Shown here: in pieces, positions 31,799 through 41,129 of the stretch
Layout of the letters: the number at the start of each line of letters is the position of its first letter
How positions within the stretch are numbered: the stretch's first letter is position 1
Source: a virus
Strand: one strand, 5' to 3'
DNA: 64,000 nt
Virus record (IMG/VR): IMGVR_UViG_3300037325_000203
The notes under the pieces: model-generated
What the model was told of the DNA's origin: nothing
The model's input: only the letters and a program-made list of their open reading frames with translations
Database searches by the model: none
Translations under genes and position numbers: made by a program

Positions 31799-34573
31799 TC
31801 AAGACAACGATGCGCCGGTGTTCTTGATCCTGATCGGAATGTAAATAAATTCAATTGCCTTAACTGGTTGAATTGCAATGTCTACCCACAACTCATTCCT
31901 GTCGATTCGAGCAACGGTATTATTTGACAAGTCACAGACTACCAAGAAGTCATATAATGCGCGAAGAGTAATTAACTCAGATAAGAACCTGTCAAACGCA
32001 TCTTTAACTGCTTTGCGAGTTATGCTGTCGTTGGGTTCAAATAAGAACGGCATTGCAATCAAGTTCATCTGGTAGCGCAAGTAGTTTTCTAATCGAACTA
32101 CGTTGATACGATCGGTTGCACTCGAGAAAGGTTGGCGTGTCTTTTGTCCAAACATTACAATGCCTCCCTGTGGCATTACCCTAATGGGGTTAACGCCATT
32201 TTGGTAAAGAATGTCTCTCTGCCCCTCGTTTAGCCTAGTCGAGACAAACTGCCCTTCTGGGTTAACAAACCCCACGGCTCCTGCGTTGTTAACAATACCA
32301 CGTTGGAGACCAGCCGGCGCGAACCAAGGGTACGAAACCTGATCACTATATGCAATCGTCCTTAGAGCCATGTGTGTAGGCGGAACAACTACGTCTTGGC
32401 CATCTAAGTTTGTGCTTAGGCCACTTGGGTACCATGCTGAAAAATATTTACTAGATGACACAAGCCCGCCGTCACCGTTGCCCAGAGCAAGAGATGCATT
32501 CGTAGACCAATTCTGTAAAGATGTTCCGTTAGCAGCCAATGTAAATGGACTGTCTCCTAATACAAATGCAGTATTTTTTCGGTCATCATTCAAGCCAAGC
32601 ATTTCGTCAATTGCTTCCACAAATCCGGGGGCAGCAATTAGATTAAAGAATGTATCTTCTGCACGAATGTCTTCATTAGATACGATGTCAGATTGGACTG
32701 CTCTTACAATCATAATTTTCTGTGCTGCGGGTCCCATATACGGGCTGCCAGCCGCGTCGTTGCCGGATGCACTGGACCAGCGACCTATCGAACCATTGTT
32801 AGTATTATCAGGTTCTGCTGTAATTCCTGATATAACAAACGGGCTTTGCCAAACCTTAACGTTGCTGGTAGAGTATCGTGTATTCCACAACAAAAATCCT
32901 TTTGGATATAGATCCGAATCTGGAGCATCTGGGTCTAGGTCAGGATTTGAACTACCTCCGTTATTTTCTCCCGCATACGATCCGCTATGATAAAGGGGAT
33001 TTGGTCGAGCATCAGTAAACACAATACCATGGTTAGAAACCTGGTCGGTATTGCTCATCATTACCCATGCTGTACCAGACCAGTATCGAATCGATGGGTA
33101 CGGATCTACATCTGTATCCACCCATAAGTCATTTGCTTCTAGTACTACTGGCGGCGCGTTATCCCTGGGGTCGGCCGATTGTGTAAACAAAGTTGGGGCC
33201 CCTGACGGTACTACGAGATCCGTAAACCCTGGTAGGTTAATATTTTGCCAAGAGCCCTGGCCGGTGGCAACAAGAATATCAATTGTTGATTGTCCGATGC
33301 CGTTGATGCCTAATTCTTGGTTATACCATAACTGCCCATTGTCGGGCCCGGTGGTAGGAACTGAATCAGATCCAATTACAACGCCTAATACTGGCCATGG
33401 CCCGGTTGATCCTGTCGATCTCCGGAACTGAAAGGAATTTACGGTTGTAGAGATTCCAGATATCGTTTGTCTAATATAGATTTGACCGTTCGACCCTGCC
33501 TGATTATTGCTATAATAAGTATTTGCATCGCCATCGTTTAAGAAAATAGGAGATTCGACATCCACAAACTGAGCTAGTGTGGCATCCATCCTACGTAGAA
33601 CAAAATTAGCACCTCTCGCAGGTGCAGATGTTTTGATCCAATACTTATTTGTGTTGGCAGGGTCTGTCAAATCTACCCATACTGATTGTAACTTTACTCC
33701 TGTTGCTGCTTTGATAGTAGCCCCGACAAGTACCGTTGACGGAGCGGTCGAAACTGTAAAGGTTGTCGGGCCTGTAATCGCAGTAATTGTTGTGTTTATA
33801 CCAAAAGCACCTGTTCCTCCCGAAACAGACGGCACCATGCCAGTAACTATGCCTGCCGTAGTGTCGACAGTAATAGTAACTCCAGTTGAAGTTGCGGATG
33901 CTATGCCGGATACATAGGAAGTAGTTCCTATCTGTGACCATGCTCCGTTAATTTTAACCCAGTACGTGATAAGACCGGCGGCAGTTTCAAATACAACTGC
34001 ATAATTCCCGTCGACTCCGTCTGCAAGAATAGGAAGATTTGCTGTTCCTGTTGCAAAATTATAAACAAACTTTGGGTTAACTAGCGACCATATCTCATTA
34101 GGGAATATGCCTGATCTTCGAAATAATCCATACGACGACCCGTTTGGTAATGCTGATTCGTCGAACCAATACGTGCCTATGGCTGCAGGACTTACAGGCT
34201 CGATGGGAGTCGGAGCCAATTGTGCAGTATCTATGTCTGCCCTTACAACTCTTGCTAAGTTCGAAATTCCTAAATAAGAGTATGCAGATAGTAATCCATA
34301 TTCATTGAGTGGGTAACCATTTAGAGATGTGCCGGCAACCGAGTAGAAAACTGGATCTCCAAAAGTCTGAACTAAGTCTCGCTGTGATGTTATAGCCCAT
34401 AGTCTGCCGGCATTTGCCTTTGTGGTACCAATTGCGGTAGATAGGCCATCCGGAGATGATTTGTCTTGCTGAGTAGCAATAAAGATTAACGGGACTGTGC
34501 CCGGTCCGGCGCCGACATTGATACTCTCATCGATGACCGAGATACTTACGCCGGGTGATACTAATGTAGCCAT
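31799..34573 (-). CDS. Contractile tail sheath protein (gp18-like)
   Basis: LVSPGVSISVIDES start; WFAPAG, GVNPI, DRINVVRL, FLFEPND and PVKAIEFIYI motifs. Confidence 0.95.
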   Translation of the reverse strand: MATLVSPGVSISVIDESINVGAGPGTVPLIFIATQQDKSSPDGLSTAIGTTKANAGRLWAITSQRDLVQTFGDPVFYSVAGTSLNGYPLNEYGLLSAYSYLGISNLARVVRADIDTAQLAPTPIEPVSPAAIGTYWFDESALPNGSSYGLFRRSGIFPNEIWSLVNPKFVYNFATGTANLPILADGVDGNYAVVFETAAGLITYWVKINGAWSQIGTTSYVSGIASATSTGVTITVDTTAGIVTGMVPSVSGGTGAFGINTTITAITGPTTFTVSTAPSTVLVGATIKAATGVKLQSVWVDLTDPANTNKYWIKTSAPARGANFVLRRMDATLAQFVDVESPIFLNDGDANTYYSNNQAGSNGQIYIRQTISGISTTVNSFQFRRSTGSTGPWPVLGVVIGSDSVPTTGPDNGQLWYNQELGINGIGQSTIDILVATGQGSWQNINLPGFTDLVVPSGAPTLFTQSADPRDNAPPVVLEANDLWVDTDVDPYPSIRYWSGTAWVMMSNTDQVSNHGIVFTDARPNPLYHSGSYAGENNGGSSNPDLDPDAPDSDLYPKGFLLWNTRYSTSNVKVWQSPFVISGITAEPDNTNNGSIGRWSSASGNDAAGSPYMGPAAQKIMIVRAVQSDIVSNEDIRAEDTFFNLIAAPGFVEAIDEMLGLNDDRKNTAFVLGDSPFTLAANGTSLQNWSTNASLALGNGDGGLVSSSKYFSAWYPSGLSTNLDGQDVVVPPTHMALRTIAYSDQVSYPWFAPAGLQRGIVNNAGAVGFVNPEGQFVSTRLNEGQRDILYQNGVNPIRVMPQGGIVMFGQKTRQPFSSATDRINVVRLENYLRYQMNLIAMPFLFEPNDSITRKAVKDAFDRFLSELITLRALYDFLVVCDLSNNTVARIDRNELWVDIAIQPVKAIEFIYIPIRIKNTGASLS

Positions 34574-34660
34574 GTAATTTAACTCCTTCTGAAGAATTGT
34601 TGCTTCTTGTTACGAGTATTTATCTACAAAGGCATTAAACATACTGCAAACGATGCGATG

Positions 34661-35293
34661 TTATATTAAGACAGAAATAACTTTTCTTACATCTGTGTGT
34701 AAAGAATCTACAGTTCCATTATTACTTACCTCATAATCAGCCTCTACCCCTACCCACGCCCATTCACTAAAGTGTGCAGCCGGGTAGGTTTTTTCCATTA
34801 CGTCCTTAGCCAAAGAATTTCCTTTGTTAGATAATAACGCAGTTTCATACCATACGGGCGGCGTGCCACGGTTTATCTTAAGCAGAATCCCGTTTTGTTC
34901 CTTAATGAATTTTATTTCGTTGGGAAATCTTACATCACTAATAACGACGTGCTGTGTTGGGTTTTTCCTAATTCTGTTTTGTAATGTCAGAAACCACATA
35001 TCCTGATGGAAATTATTCCTCAGAACATTAGTGCCGATAAGCTGCAATGCAAGACGTGGGGTAAAATTTTCAATACACAACTTTTCCGACCACCATACAT
35101 CGGTAACCTCTCTCCATTCTCTAGACTCCTTAGTGTCTCCTTCTAACATGGCTCTGGGCCAGTCGAACATCAGAGAACAAGCATCTTTTAGGCTATTAGC
35201 AAAGCTATCTTGCCTGAAGTTAAATTCTGTAGAAAGTTGGCAGGACACTGTTCCTTTTCCACTGCCAATAAACCCAATTAATCCTATAATCAT
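34661..35293 (-). CDS. Deoxynucleoside monophosphate kinase (gp1-like)
   Basis: IIGLIGFIGSGKGT, FANSLKD, TPRLALQLIGT and ISDVRFPNE motifs. Confidence 0.92.
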   Translation of the reverse strand: MIIGLIGFIGSGKGTVSCQLSTEFNFRQDSFANSLKDACSLMFDWPRAMLEGDTKESREWREVTDVWWSEKLCIENFTPRLALQLIGTNVLRNNFHQDMWFLTLQNRIRKNPTQHVVISDVRFPNEIKFIKEQNGILLKINRGTPPVWYETALLSNKGNSLAKDVMEKTYPAAHFSEWAWVGVEADYEVSNNGTVDSLHTDVRKVISVLI

Positions 35294-35357
35294 ATAATAT
35301 TCCTATATAGTTCACATAGTTATACGACTATTGCTAAAAATGTATGTTTTTCCGTTA

Positions 35358-36110
35358 TTAGCCGATCACGAATGAGTAACCATCTCCGCTGGTAACTAGA
35401 TCAAGTAATTGCTTCTCTAGTTTGTCCAACGATGCCTGGGCCTCTGCCTTCATCGCCGCGCCGTTTAATTGTACGTTGCCGTTAGCCCCTGGAAATCCAC
35501 TGGGGAATTTGTCCCTTGCTTCGCCTAACATAAGTTTGGATAATGCTACTGCATAGGAACGCAACCATGGACCAGTATAAGCGTCATTAATTATATCATC
35601 TTCTGATTTCTTTGCATAAACTCTGACTGCTACTTCTTCGTCCGCTCTTGGATTTTTAATAAGTGTCAATTTATGATTATTTGGATCAAATGTAAAATTA
35701 TATTGGCTTGCAAAAAGACGCTCGGTTGTTTCTAAAAACTGATTGTAAAAGTCCCAGGTTGCTAAGCCACCTGCTCTGTTCGGCTGTAACATATAGATAT
35801 TATAGAATGCAGCATCTACCGGGTCGAAATTTACACCTCCATTGGTGTATGCACCGACACCACGACGGTATAGTCGCCTGACTTCTTGCACTTCTTCCGG
35901 TAAAGTGTATACGTTGTTATCCCGTGTAACGTGTAAGAAAATATCCTTCTCCACATTAGCGCCGTCAGACTGCTGGCGTAGTTTTTGGATCCCAATAGTA
36001 ATTGCAAGATTCAAATGTTCGGCGTCTAACTCGACATCGACCATTTGCGAACCGAGCCTAAGCTGGATTTGCTTCGTTAACAAAACTCTCGGTGTAATTT
36101 GTGAGGACAT
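35358..36110 (-). CDS. Neck protein (gp13-like)
   Basis: RLGSQMVDVEL start and GEARDKF...GNVQLNG...KAEA end. Confidence 0.8.
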   Translation of the reverse strand: MSSQITPRVLLTKQIQLRLGSQMVDVELDAEHLNLAITIGIQKLRQQSDGANVEKDIFLHVTRDNNVYTLPEEVQEVRRLYRRGVGAYTNGGVNFDPVDAAFYNIYMLQPNRAGGLATWDFYNQFLETTERLFASQYNFTFDPNNHKLTLIKNPRADEEVAVRVYAKKSEDDIINDAYTGPWLRSYAVALSKLMLGEARDKFPSGFPGANGNVQLNGAAMKAEAQASLDKLEKQLLDLVTSGDGYSFVIG

Positions 36111-36258
36111 AATATGACTCTTCTCCAGTGCATACTATTTATCTTTTATCTGCATATCAACAGACTGGGATTTTGTAAATAACAGAAACTGACTAGTTGA
36201 TTAATATAATATGTATGTAGCGATATTATTTAGATACAACATTGTTAACGACACTATA

Positions 36259-37365
36259 TTATGATATGCCAGCTTCAGGCCATGGGCCTTTAATTACGTC
36301 CTTAGCATACTCACGTGCCATACTCCGATCTTTCATTATATAAGGCTCCGCTTCGCGCCAACGTCCTTTAATTACGTTGATGGCATACATCATCGCCTCG
36401 AACGGGTCTTTCATTATATAAAGTTCCGCTTCAGGCCAACGTCCTTTAATTACGCGAGTCGCGTAATCAACAACCGACCACAGGTCTTTCATTATTATAG
36501 GCTCCGCTTCGCGCCAGCGCCCTTTAATTACGCGGATGGCGTACATCGCTGCTATAAACGGTTCTGTCATTATATAAGGCTCCGCTTCGCGCCAACGTCC
36601 TTTAATTACGTTGATGGCATACTCGAATGCTGGCCAGGGGTCTTTCATTATTTTGGATTCAATTTTCTTAAACAACTGAGACATCACTGGATGTTTTTTT
36701 CTAAAATACTCTGCTTTCTCAGCATCGAGTGGTCTGTTTTGTGCATTCATAAACTCGAAATTACCCAGATCCGTTTCTATAGATATCTGAAACTTTTCCC
36801 CGTTTCTGTCACGCCAAATGTACAATTTCCCCTTGTTATTATATGTGTCGAATTGATTATTTTCGTTGCCGGCAGTACACCACTTGGTGCCATTTCCCAA
36901 CTGGCAGCTGGCTATCTCGGTGTTGGGAATTGCTAGTTGACCCAGCGGCCCGTTATATAACACTGTACTATCGTCTATGACTGGAAATGTTCCCGTATCT
37001 GTAGCCGACTTGCTGTCTAAGTTAACATTCATCGTCTTATCAATTAAGTCCTCAAGTGAATATAATGTATACCTATTGACATCTTTGATAGGCAAACGAG
37101 GTTTCAGTTTTTCAAAATTAACCAACACGCTATTAATACGTGGGTAATCTTCCAGTGCGAACTGGCCAGATATGTACTGACGAGCTAACCACTCCACATA
37201 TTGCTTGTTTTTGGTAGGATCGATAGATTCCAGTTGGGTTAGTACTTCGTCAATTGATTGTCCACGGTCATCAGCAGCGGCTGCCAGTAACTTCGGACCC
37301 AGTTTGGTCGCTGTGATATCTCTTTTGTATTCTAACAATACTGATAGGATTTCGTTTATTCTCAT
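36259..37365 (-). CDS. Protein with five C-terminal 26-aa helical repeats
   Basis: Probable start MRINEIL after ATAAATA; GTKWCTA motif; YA..VIKGRW.EAEP.IM repeats. Confidence 0.8.
   Translation of the reverse strand: MRINEILSVLLEYKRDITATKLGPKLLAAAADDRGQSIDEVLTQLESIDPTKNKQYVEWLARQYISGQFALEDYPRINSVLVNFEKLKPRLPIKDVNRYTLYSLEDLIDKTMNVNLDSKSATDTGTFPVIDDSTVLYNGPLGQLAIPNTEIASCQLGNGTKWCTAGNENNQFDTYNNKGKLYIWRDRNGEKFQISIETDLGNFEFMNAQNRPLDAEKAEYFRKKHPVMSQLFKKIESKIMKDPWPAFEYAINVIKGRWREAEPYIMTEPFIAAMYAIRVIKGRWREAEPIIMKDLWSVVDYATRVIKGRWPEAELYIMKDPFEAMMYAINVIKGRWREAEPYIMKDRSMAREYAKDVIKGPWPEAGIS
36265..36655 (-). repeat. 78-bp coding tandem repeat, 5 copies
   Basis: cctttaattacg recurs at 36287, 36365, 36443, 36521 and 36599 (period 78). 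Confidence 0.9.
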
Positions 37366-37418
37366 GAATTTATTTATCCTTTTTGCCCCTCGATCCAGTT
37401 TTCCATCTTTGAAGGTAC

Positions 37419-38588
37419 TCACTTATCGATCCTTAATATAAGATGGTGCTCGTTTAGTTTACCTTGTGCAGGGACATCAAGTGTGCTAAGATCCTTCATA
37501 AAAGTGCGTAATTTAACCTTGCTAGCCTTCTTAAAGTCCGCGAGTGTCTCCGCGGGCTTGCGTACTGTTTTTTCCTGCGAATCTGTGGAGAACTGAATCA
37601 AGCTTGCGCCCTTTACAGCAAGACCTCTCTCGTCGAGTGCTTTGTATTGGGCAATTTTGCGAGTCTTTGTGTTGTAAACCCACATTTCCTTAGCACCTAG
37701 AATGCCTACCGGATGTTGGCTTACGATACCTAACGCAGCATCATTCTTCTTATATTTAATTTTATCTACTAATTTTTCCTGCGATATAGGTTTCTTCATC
37801 CGGGGGGCACGCTCTACCTTGGCCACTTCTTGCATCATATTGCATGCTGCTAATAAATTTTGATGGAATAAATCAAACTTTTTAAGTTCAGATTTTGTAA
37901 AGTTAGAATAAGCTTCCGTCAATTCTTTATCTTTGCCATTGGCTGCTGTCGATATCTCTAATGCACGTTTTTCGAACATACCTTGCACATAACGCATATG
38001 TGGAGCTTTAAGATCTTCTGCCTTAAATAGATTTACAAAATCTTCTACTTTCTTAGGATGCACTGTTTTTATATCAATAAAAAATTCATCTATCCACCCC
38101 TCCACTTCGCCTGCAATTTCCCGGGCTCGTTCTCGCAAACGATCTTGTATTGTGATAATCGGGACAGGTGCGGTAGTGGACTTTTTATCGAGTGTACTTT
38201 CGGATTCAATGCCCTCGCGTCGTTTTGCTCGGGACGCTGTTTTGATTTCTTCTTCGACAATTATTCTTTCCAATGCAGGCATTAGTCCGATAGATATATT
38301 ATCCGGCGCATCTGCTCCGTGATTAAGAACGTACATATACTTACCAATTGTGGAAAATCTATTTTCGTGCATGTCTTTAATTCTGTCTAAATATGGATGT
38401 TTAGGATCAACAGACTTTAGATACTTAATTGTTTCCTTTTTTAACTCGGATGAACTAATTTCATAATGGGCATACATTATAGCCGATCGAAAAATACTTA
38501 CAAAATTTTTATGAGTTTTGAGTATTAACTTGCAATCTGGTTTTGACCAACCCGAGAATGAAGATGCGTTTCTTACCTTGCCTGCCAT
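37419..38588 (-). CDS. Conserved hypothetical T4-like protein
   Basis: 389 aa with WVYNTKTRK, KTVRKP and GKLNEH motifs. Confidence 0.75.
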   Translation of the reverse strand: MAGKVRNASSFSGWSKPDCKLILKTHKNFVSIFRSAIMYAHYEISSSELKKETIKYLKSVDPKHPYLDRIKDMHENRFSTIGKYMYVLNHGADAPDNISIGLMPALERIIVEEEIKTASRAKRREGIESESTLDKKSTTAPVPIITIQDRLRERAREIAGEVEGWIDEFFIDIKTVHPKKVEDFVNLFKAEDLKAPHMRYVQGMFEKRALEISTAANGKDKELTEAYSNFTKSELKKFDLFHQNLLAACNMMQEVAKVERAPRMKKPISQEKLVDKIKYKKNDAALGIVSQHPVGILGAKEMWVYNTKTRKIAQYKALDERGLAVKGASLIQFSTDSQEKTVRKPAETLADFKKASKVKLRTFMKDLSTLDVPAQGKLNEHHLILRIDK

Positions 38589-38683
38589 TTTATTTTCCTT
38601 GTAACTTTTACTATTTTAGCTGTCACAAATGGCAAACGCAACTAATCTTGGTTTAGTTGCGTTTTATATTGGATGAATTGATT

Positions 38684-38878
38684 CTATTCGTCAGTTTCTT
38701 TGTTCTTATGCTTGTGTCCACGGACTTGTATCTTGCCTTTCTTTGCCATCTTCGGGTCTTCTTTATGTCTACCAGCTCCTGTAGTTTGGGCATTTTTGGC
38801 AACAAAATTTCTAGGAATAGATGATTTAATTTCTATCTTTTTTGCCGGTTTAGTTTCAAATAGTTCAAATAATCTCAT
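38684..38878 (-). CDS. Small basic protein
   Basis: Probable start MRLFELFE; PRNFVAKN...GAGRHK. Confidence 0.6.
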   Translation of the reverse strand: MRLFELFETKPAKKIEIKSSIPRNFVAKNAQTTGAGRHKEDPKMAKKGKIQVRGHKHKNKETDE

Positions 38879-38892
38879 AATAATCCCAATGT

Positions 38893-38978
38893 AAATAAGG
38901 GGATGCGGTAGCGAATCGCATCCCCTAGACGCCTGCATTTCGGCAGTAGCCACAATCGGTCCTAAGGTAGATTGTTAT
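38893..38978 (-). ncRNA. Candidate ~85-nt structured late sRNA
   Basis: Begins just after GATAAATA. Hairpin ACAATC/GATTGT, then CTGC/GCAG, then a terminator-like AGGGGATGCG/CGCATCCCCT stem. Confidence 0.4.
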
Positions 38979-39035
38979 GATTATTTATCGGATATCCAGA
39001 AAATTATTACCTTTTCTTAAAATTGGCGTAATTTA

Positions 39036-39935
39036 TTAGTAATTCTTCTTACCGATTAATCTAATTTTCGTATTGGCTTCTTCTGCTTCCCGAATGACAG
39101 ACAGTCGTTTATTTTGGTCAAACCCAATCAATGCCTTAACATCTTTTGGAAAACACGATCCGCCATATCCGTAGTTTTTGTCGGGTCCCGGTACATTAAG
39201 ATGGGAGTTTCCGATTCTCACGTCTGCAGAAAGAATATCACTAAATTTATGCCATCCAGAAGAATGCATTGTGTCAGGCGCGCTACCGTGTACATCGTGG
39301 TACAGCTGATACATCTGATTCATAAAAACTACCTTTGTTGCAAGGTAAGCATTAATTGAATACTTTATAAGTGATGCGGTCTTGTAATCGGTAATGCGAT
39401 ATGTACAATGCTTGGTAATGTGCGAATGATTTCGATATAACTCTTCTAATTTGCAACAGTCGGAATATTCGCCTGCCATAATTATATAGGATGGATCAAT
39501 GGCATCTGTTTGCCAGCTTGACTCTCTGATGAACTCTGGCGAATAGACATATCGCAGCTTCCCTGGTTTACATGACACGGGCTTAATAGACTTAGTATAC
39601 ACAGGCTTATTGCCGTATTTTACGGATAAATCTTCTACTATATCAGGAGGCAACGTACTCTTAAGGACTACTATTCCTTTGTATTCTGCATCTACTAATT
39701 GTTGAAATATGCTGTATATAGAACTAGCATCTACTTTGCCACTATCCAACGTCGGTGCGTTGACTGACACGAACGTTAGTGCAGCCTTGTTTATAAATAC
39801 GTTCTGTATGGTATTATCGTTGTATGCAGGATCTATGATCACGGCCTCAGTATTATGCTCAAACGCTAAATGGCAAGATTTGCCCACTATTCCATAGCCT
39901 ATAAAATTTGTGTATTTCAACATATATAACTCCAA
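39036..39935 (-). CDS. UDP-glucose/GDP-mannose 6-dehydrogenase family protein (lacks the C-terminal domain)
   Basis: IGYGIVG, VLKST, YSPEF, KYSINAYLATKV and GYGGSCFPKD motifs. Confidence 0.88.
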   Translation of the reverse strand: MELYMLKYTNFIGYGIVGKSCHLAFEHNTEAVIIDPAYNDNTIQNVFINKAALTFVSVNAPTLDSGKVDASSIYSIFQQLVDAEYKGIVVLKSTLPPDIVEDLSVKYGNKPVYTKSIKPVSCKPGKLRYVYSPEFIRESSWQTDAIDPSYIIMAGEYSDCCKLEELYRNHSHITKHCTYRITDYKTASLIKYSINAYLATKVVFMNQMYQLYHDVHGSAPDTMHSSGWHKFSDILSADVRIGNSHLNVPGPDKNYGYGGSCFPKDVKALIGFDQNKRLSVIREAEEANTKIRLIGKKNY

Positions 39936-39969
39936 AAAAATGCAGTAGCAGGTTGCCCTGGCTACTGCA
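39934..39969 (-). terminator. Intrinsic terminator just upstream of the dehydrogenase
   Basis: tgcagtagc...gctactgca stem followed by T7 on the minus strand. Confidence 0.7.
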
Positions 39970-40133
39970 ATAGTATGCTCCTAGGCACCCCACCTAAGAT
40001 CCCCGTCCTGTGTTTCGGTAACCTCCGCGGTTACGTTCTCCGTGTGGGGAAAAGTGCCGCACCATATTCAGCAGACATATGTACACCATCGATAGCGTTT
40101 TTAACATTGACGCTGCTTGCGTATCACAGGTTC

Positions 40134-41129
40134 TCAACCGGGTCCACACCCCCGCATACTTAATCCTAAAAGGTCCAAGTCGCTCAACACAATCTTCAGC
40201 ATAGCCTTCTTCTGTCGGACATTTTTCTCTACCATTGCTTCGGCATCCTCAAGCGAAATTTCCATTGCTACGATAGCTCCTCCATGCACCCGGACTACGT
40301 TATACATAACGTCGTCTTCCTCGGAGTGAACTGGGCCGCTTACCGGGAACGGCCATTCTGTTGCTGGGCTAACAGGTTTGTTATACTCGCTGTTTACTAC
40401 CCCCGCGAACGCATGCGAAGGGGGACCATCTACCTGTCCCACGACTTCGTATCTCATACAACGGCCTTTTGCGCCGTTGTAATCCGTCGGGATACTAACA
40501 ACATCGGCAGGACTAATCTTCAAAATCATCACTGGATCACTCTGTCGCCCAAAGCTAACAAGATACGACTCGCTACAAAAGTGCAAGCCTGCGGAACAAT
40601 GAGATTCTGGATCATCATCTACAAGATTTCGATCCATCTGGACAACTTGTCCGACACTATTATCGATAGTACCAGAATGTACGTCCATGAAGTCACTACG
40701 AACTCGTTTATAGGCCAGAAAATACCCGTCTTCGGTAATAGGCAGTTTATTTTTTTCCAAAAATCCGTATACCTGGTCAACTGACCGTTTGGAAGGATTT
40801 TGCATTAAGTTTTCCATGAATCGGACCATTGGGTCGACCGGAAATCCTTCTAAATACATCTCGACTAGTCTGGCAGACAGTGTATTGTGAAAGGGTTGAC
40901 CTTTCCACATCACAGTGTTGCCGTCAATAGACACATATCCTCTACCAAAGTTTACCATAACTTTGGCCGGGGTGACCAAATTGCGCAGGTCGTCCCATGC
41001 CTGGGCTTTCAGCGCATCTACAATTTTCCCATAACCAATATGGGTTTCTTTGCTAATCGTGTGGCTTTTACCATCAATCACCAAAATTATATTTTTGCCT
41101 TGAATCAAATATGGAATTGCATTACTCAT
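40134..41129 (-). CDS. rIIB: RIIB-like protein
   Basis: LPITEDGYFLAYKRV, CSAGLHFCS and DVVSIPTDY motifs; follows rIIA. Confidence 0.9.
   Translation of the reverse strand: MSNAIPYLIQGKNIILVIDGKSHTISKETHIGYGKIVDALKAQAWDDLRNLVTPAKVMVNFGRGYVSIDGNTVMWKGQPFHNTLSARLVEMYLEGFPVDPMVRFMENLMQNPSKRSVDQVYGFLEKNKLPITEDGYFLAYKRVRSDFMDVHSGTIDNSVGQVVQMDRNLVDDDPESHCSAGLHFCSESYLVSFGRQSDPVMILKISPADVVSIPTDYNGAKGRCMRYEVVGQVDGPPSHAFAGVVNSEYNKPVSPATEWPFPVSGPVHSEEDDVMYNVVRVHGGAIVAMEISLEDAEAMVEKNVRQKKAMLKIVLSDLDLLGLSMRGCGPG

Noticed and set aside
36265-36655. CRISPR array
   Set aside because: The 78-bp period is in frame within an ORF, the 'spacers' are homologous to each other, and no cas genes are present.
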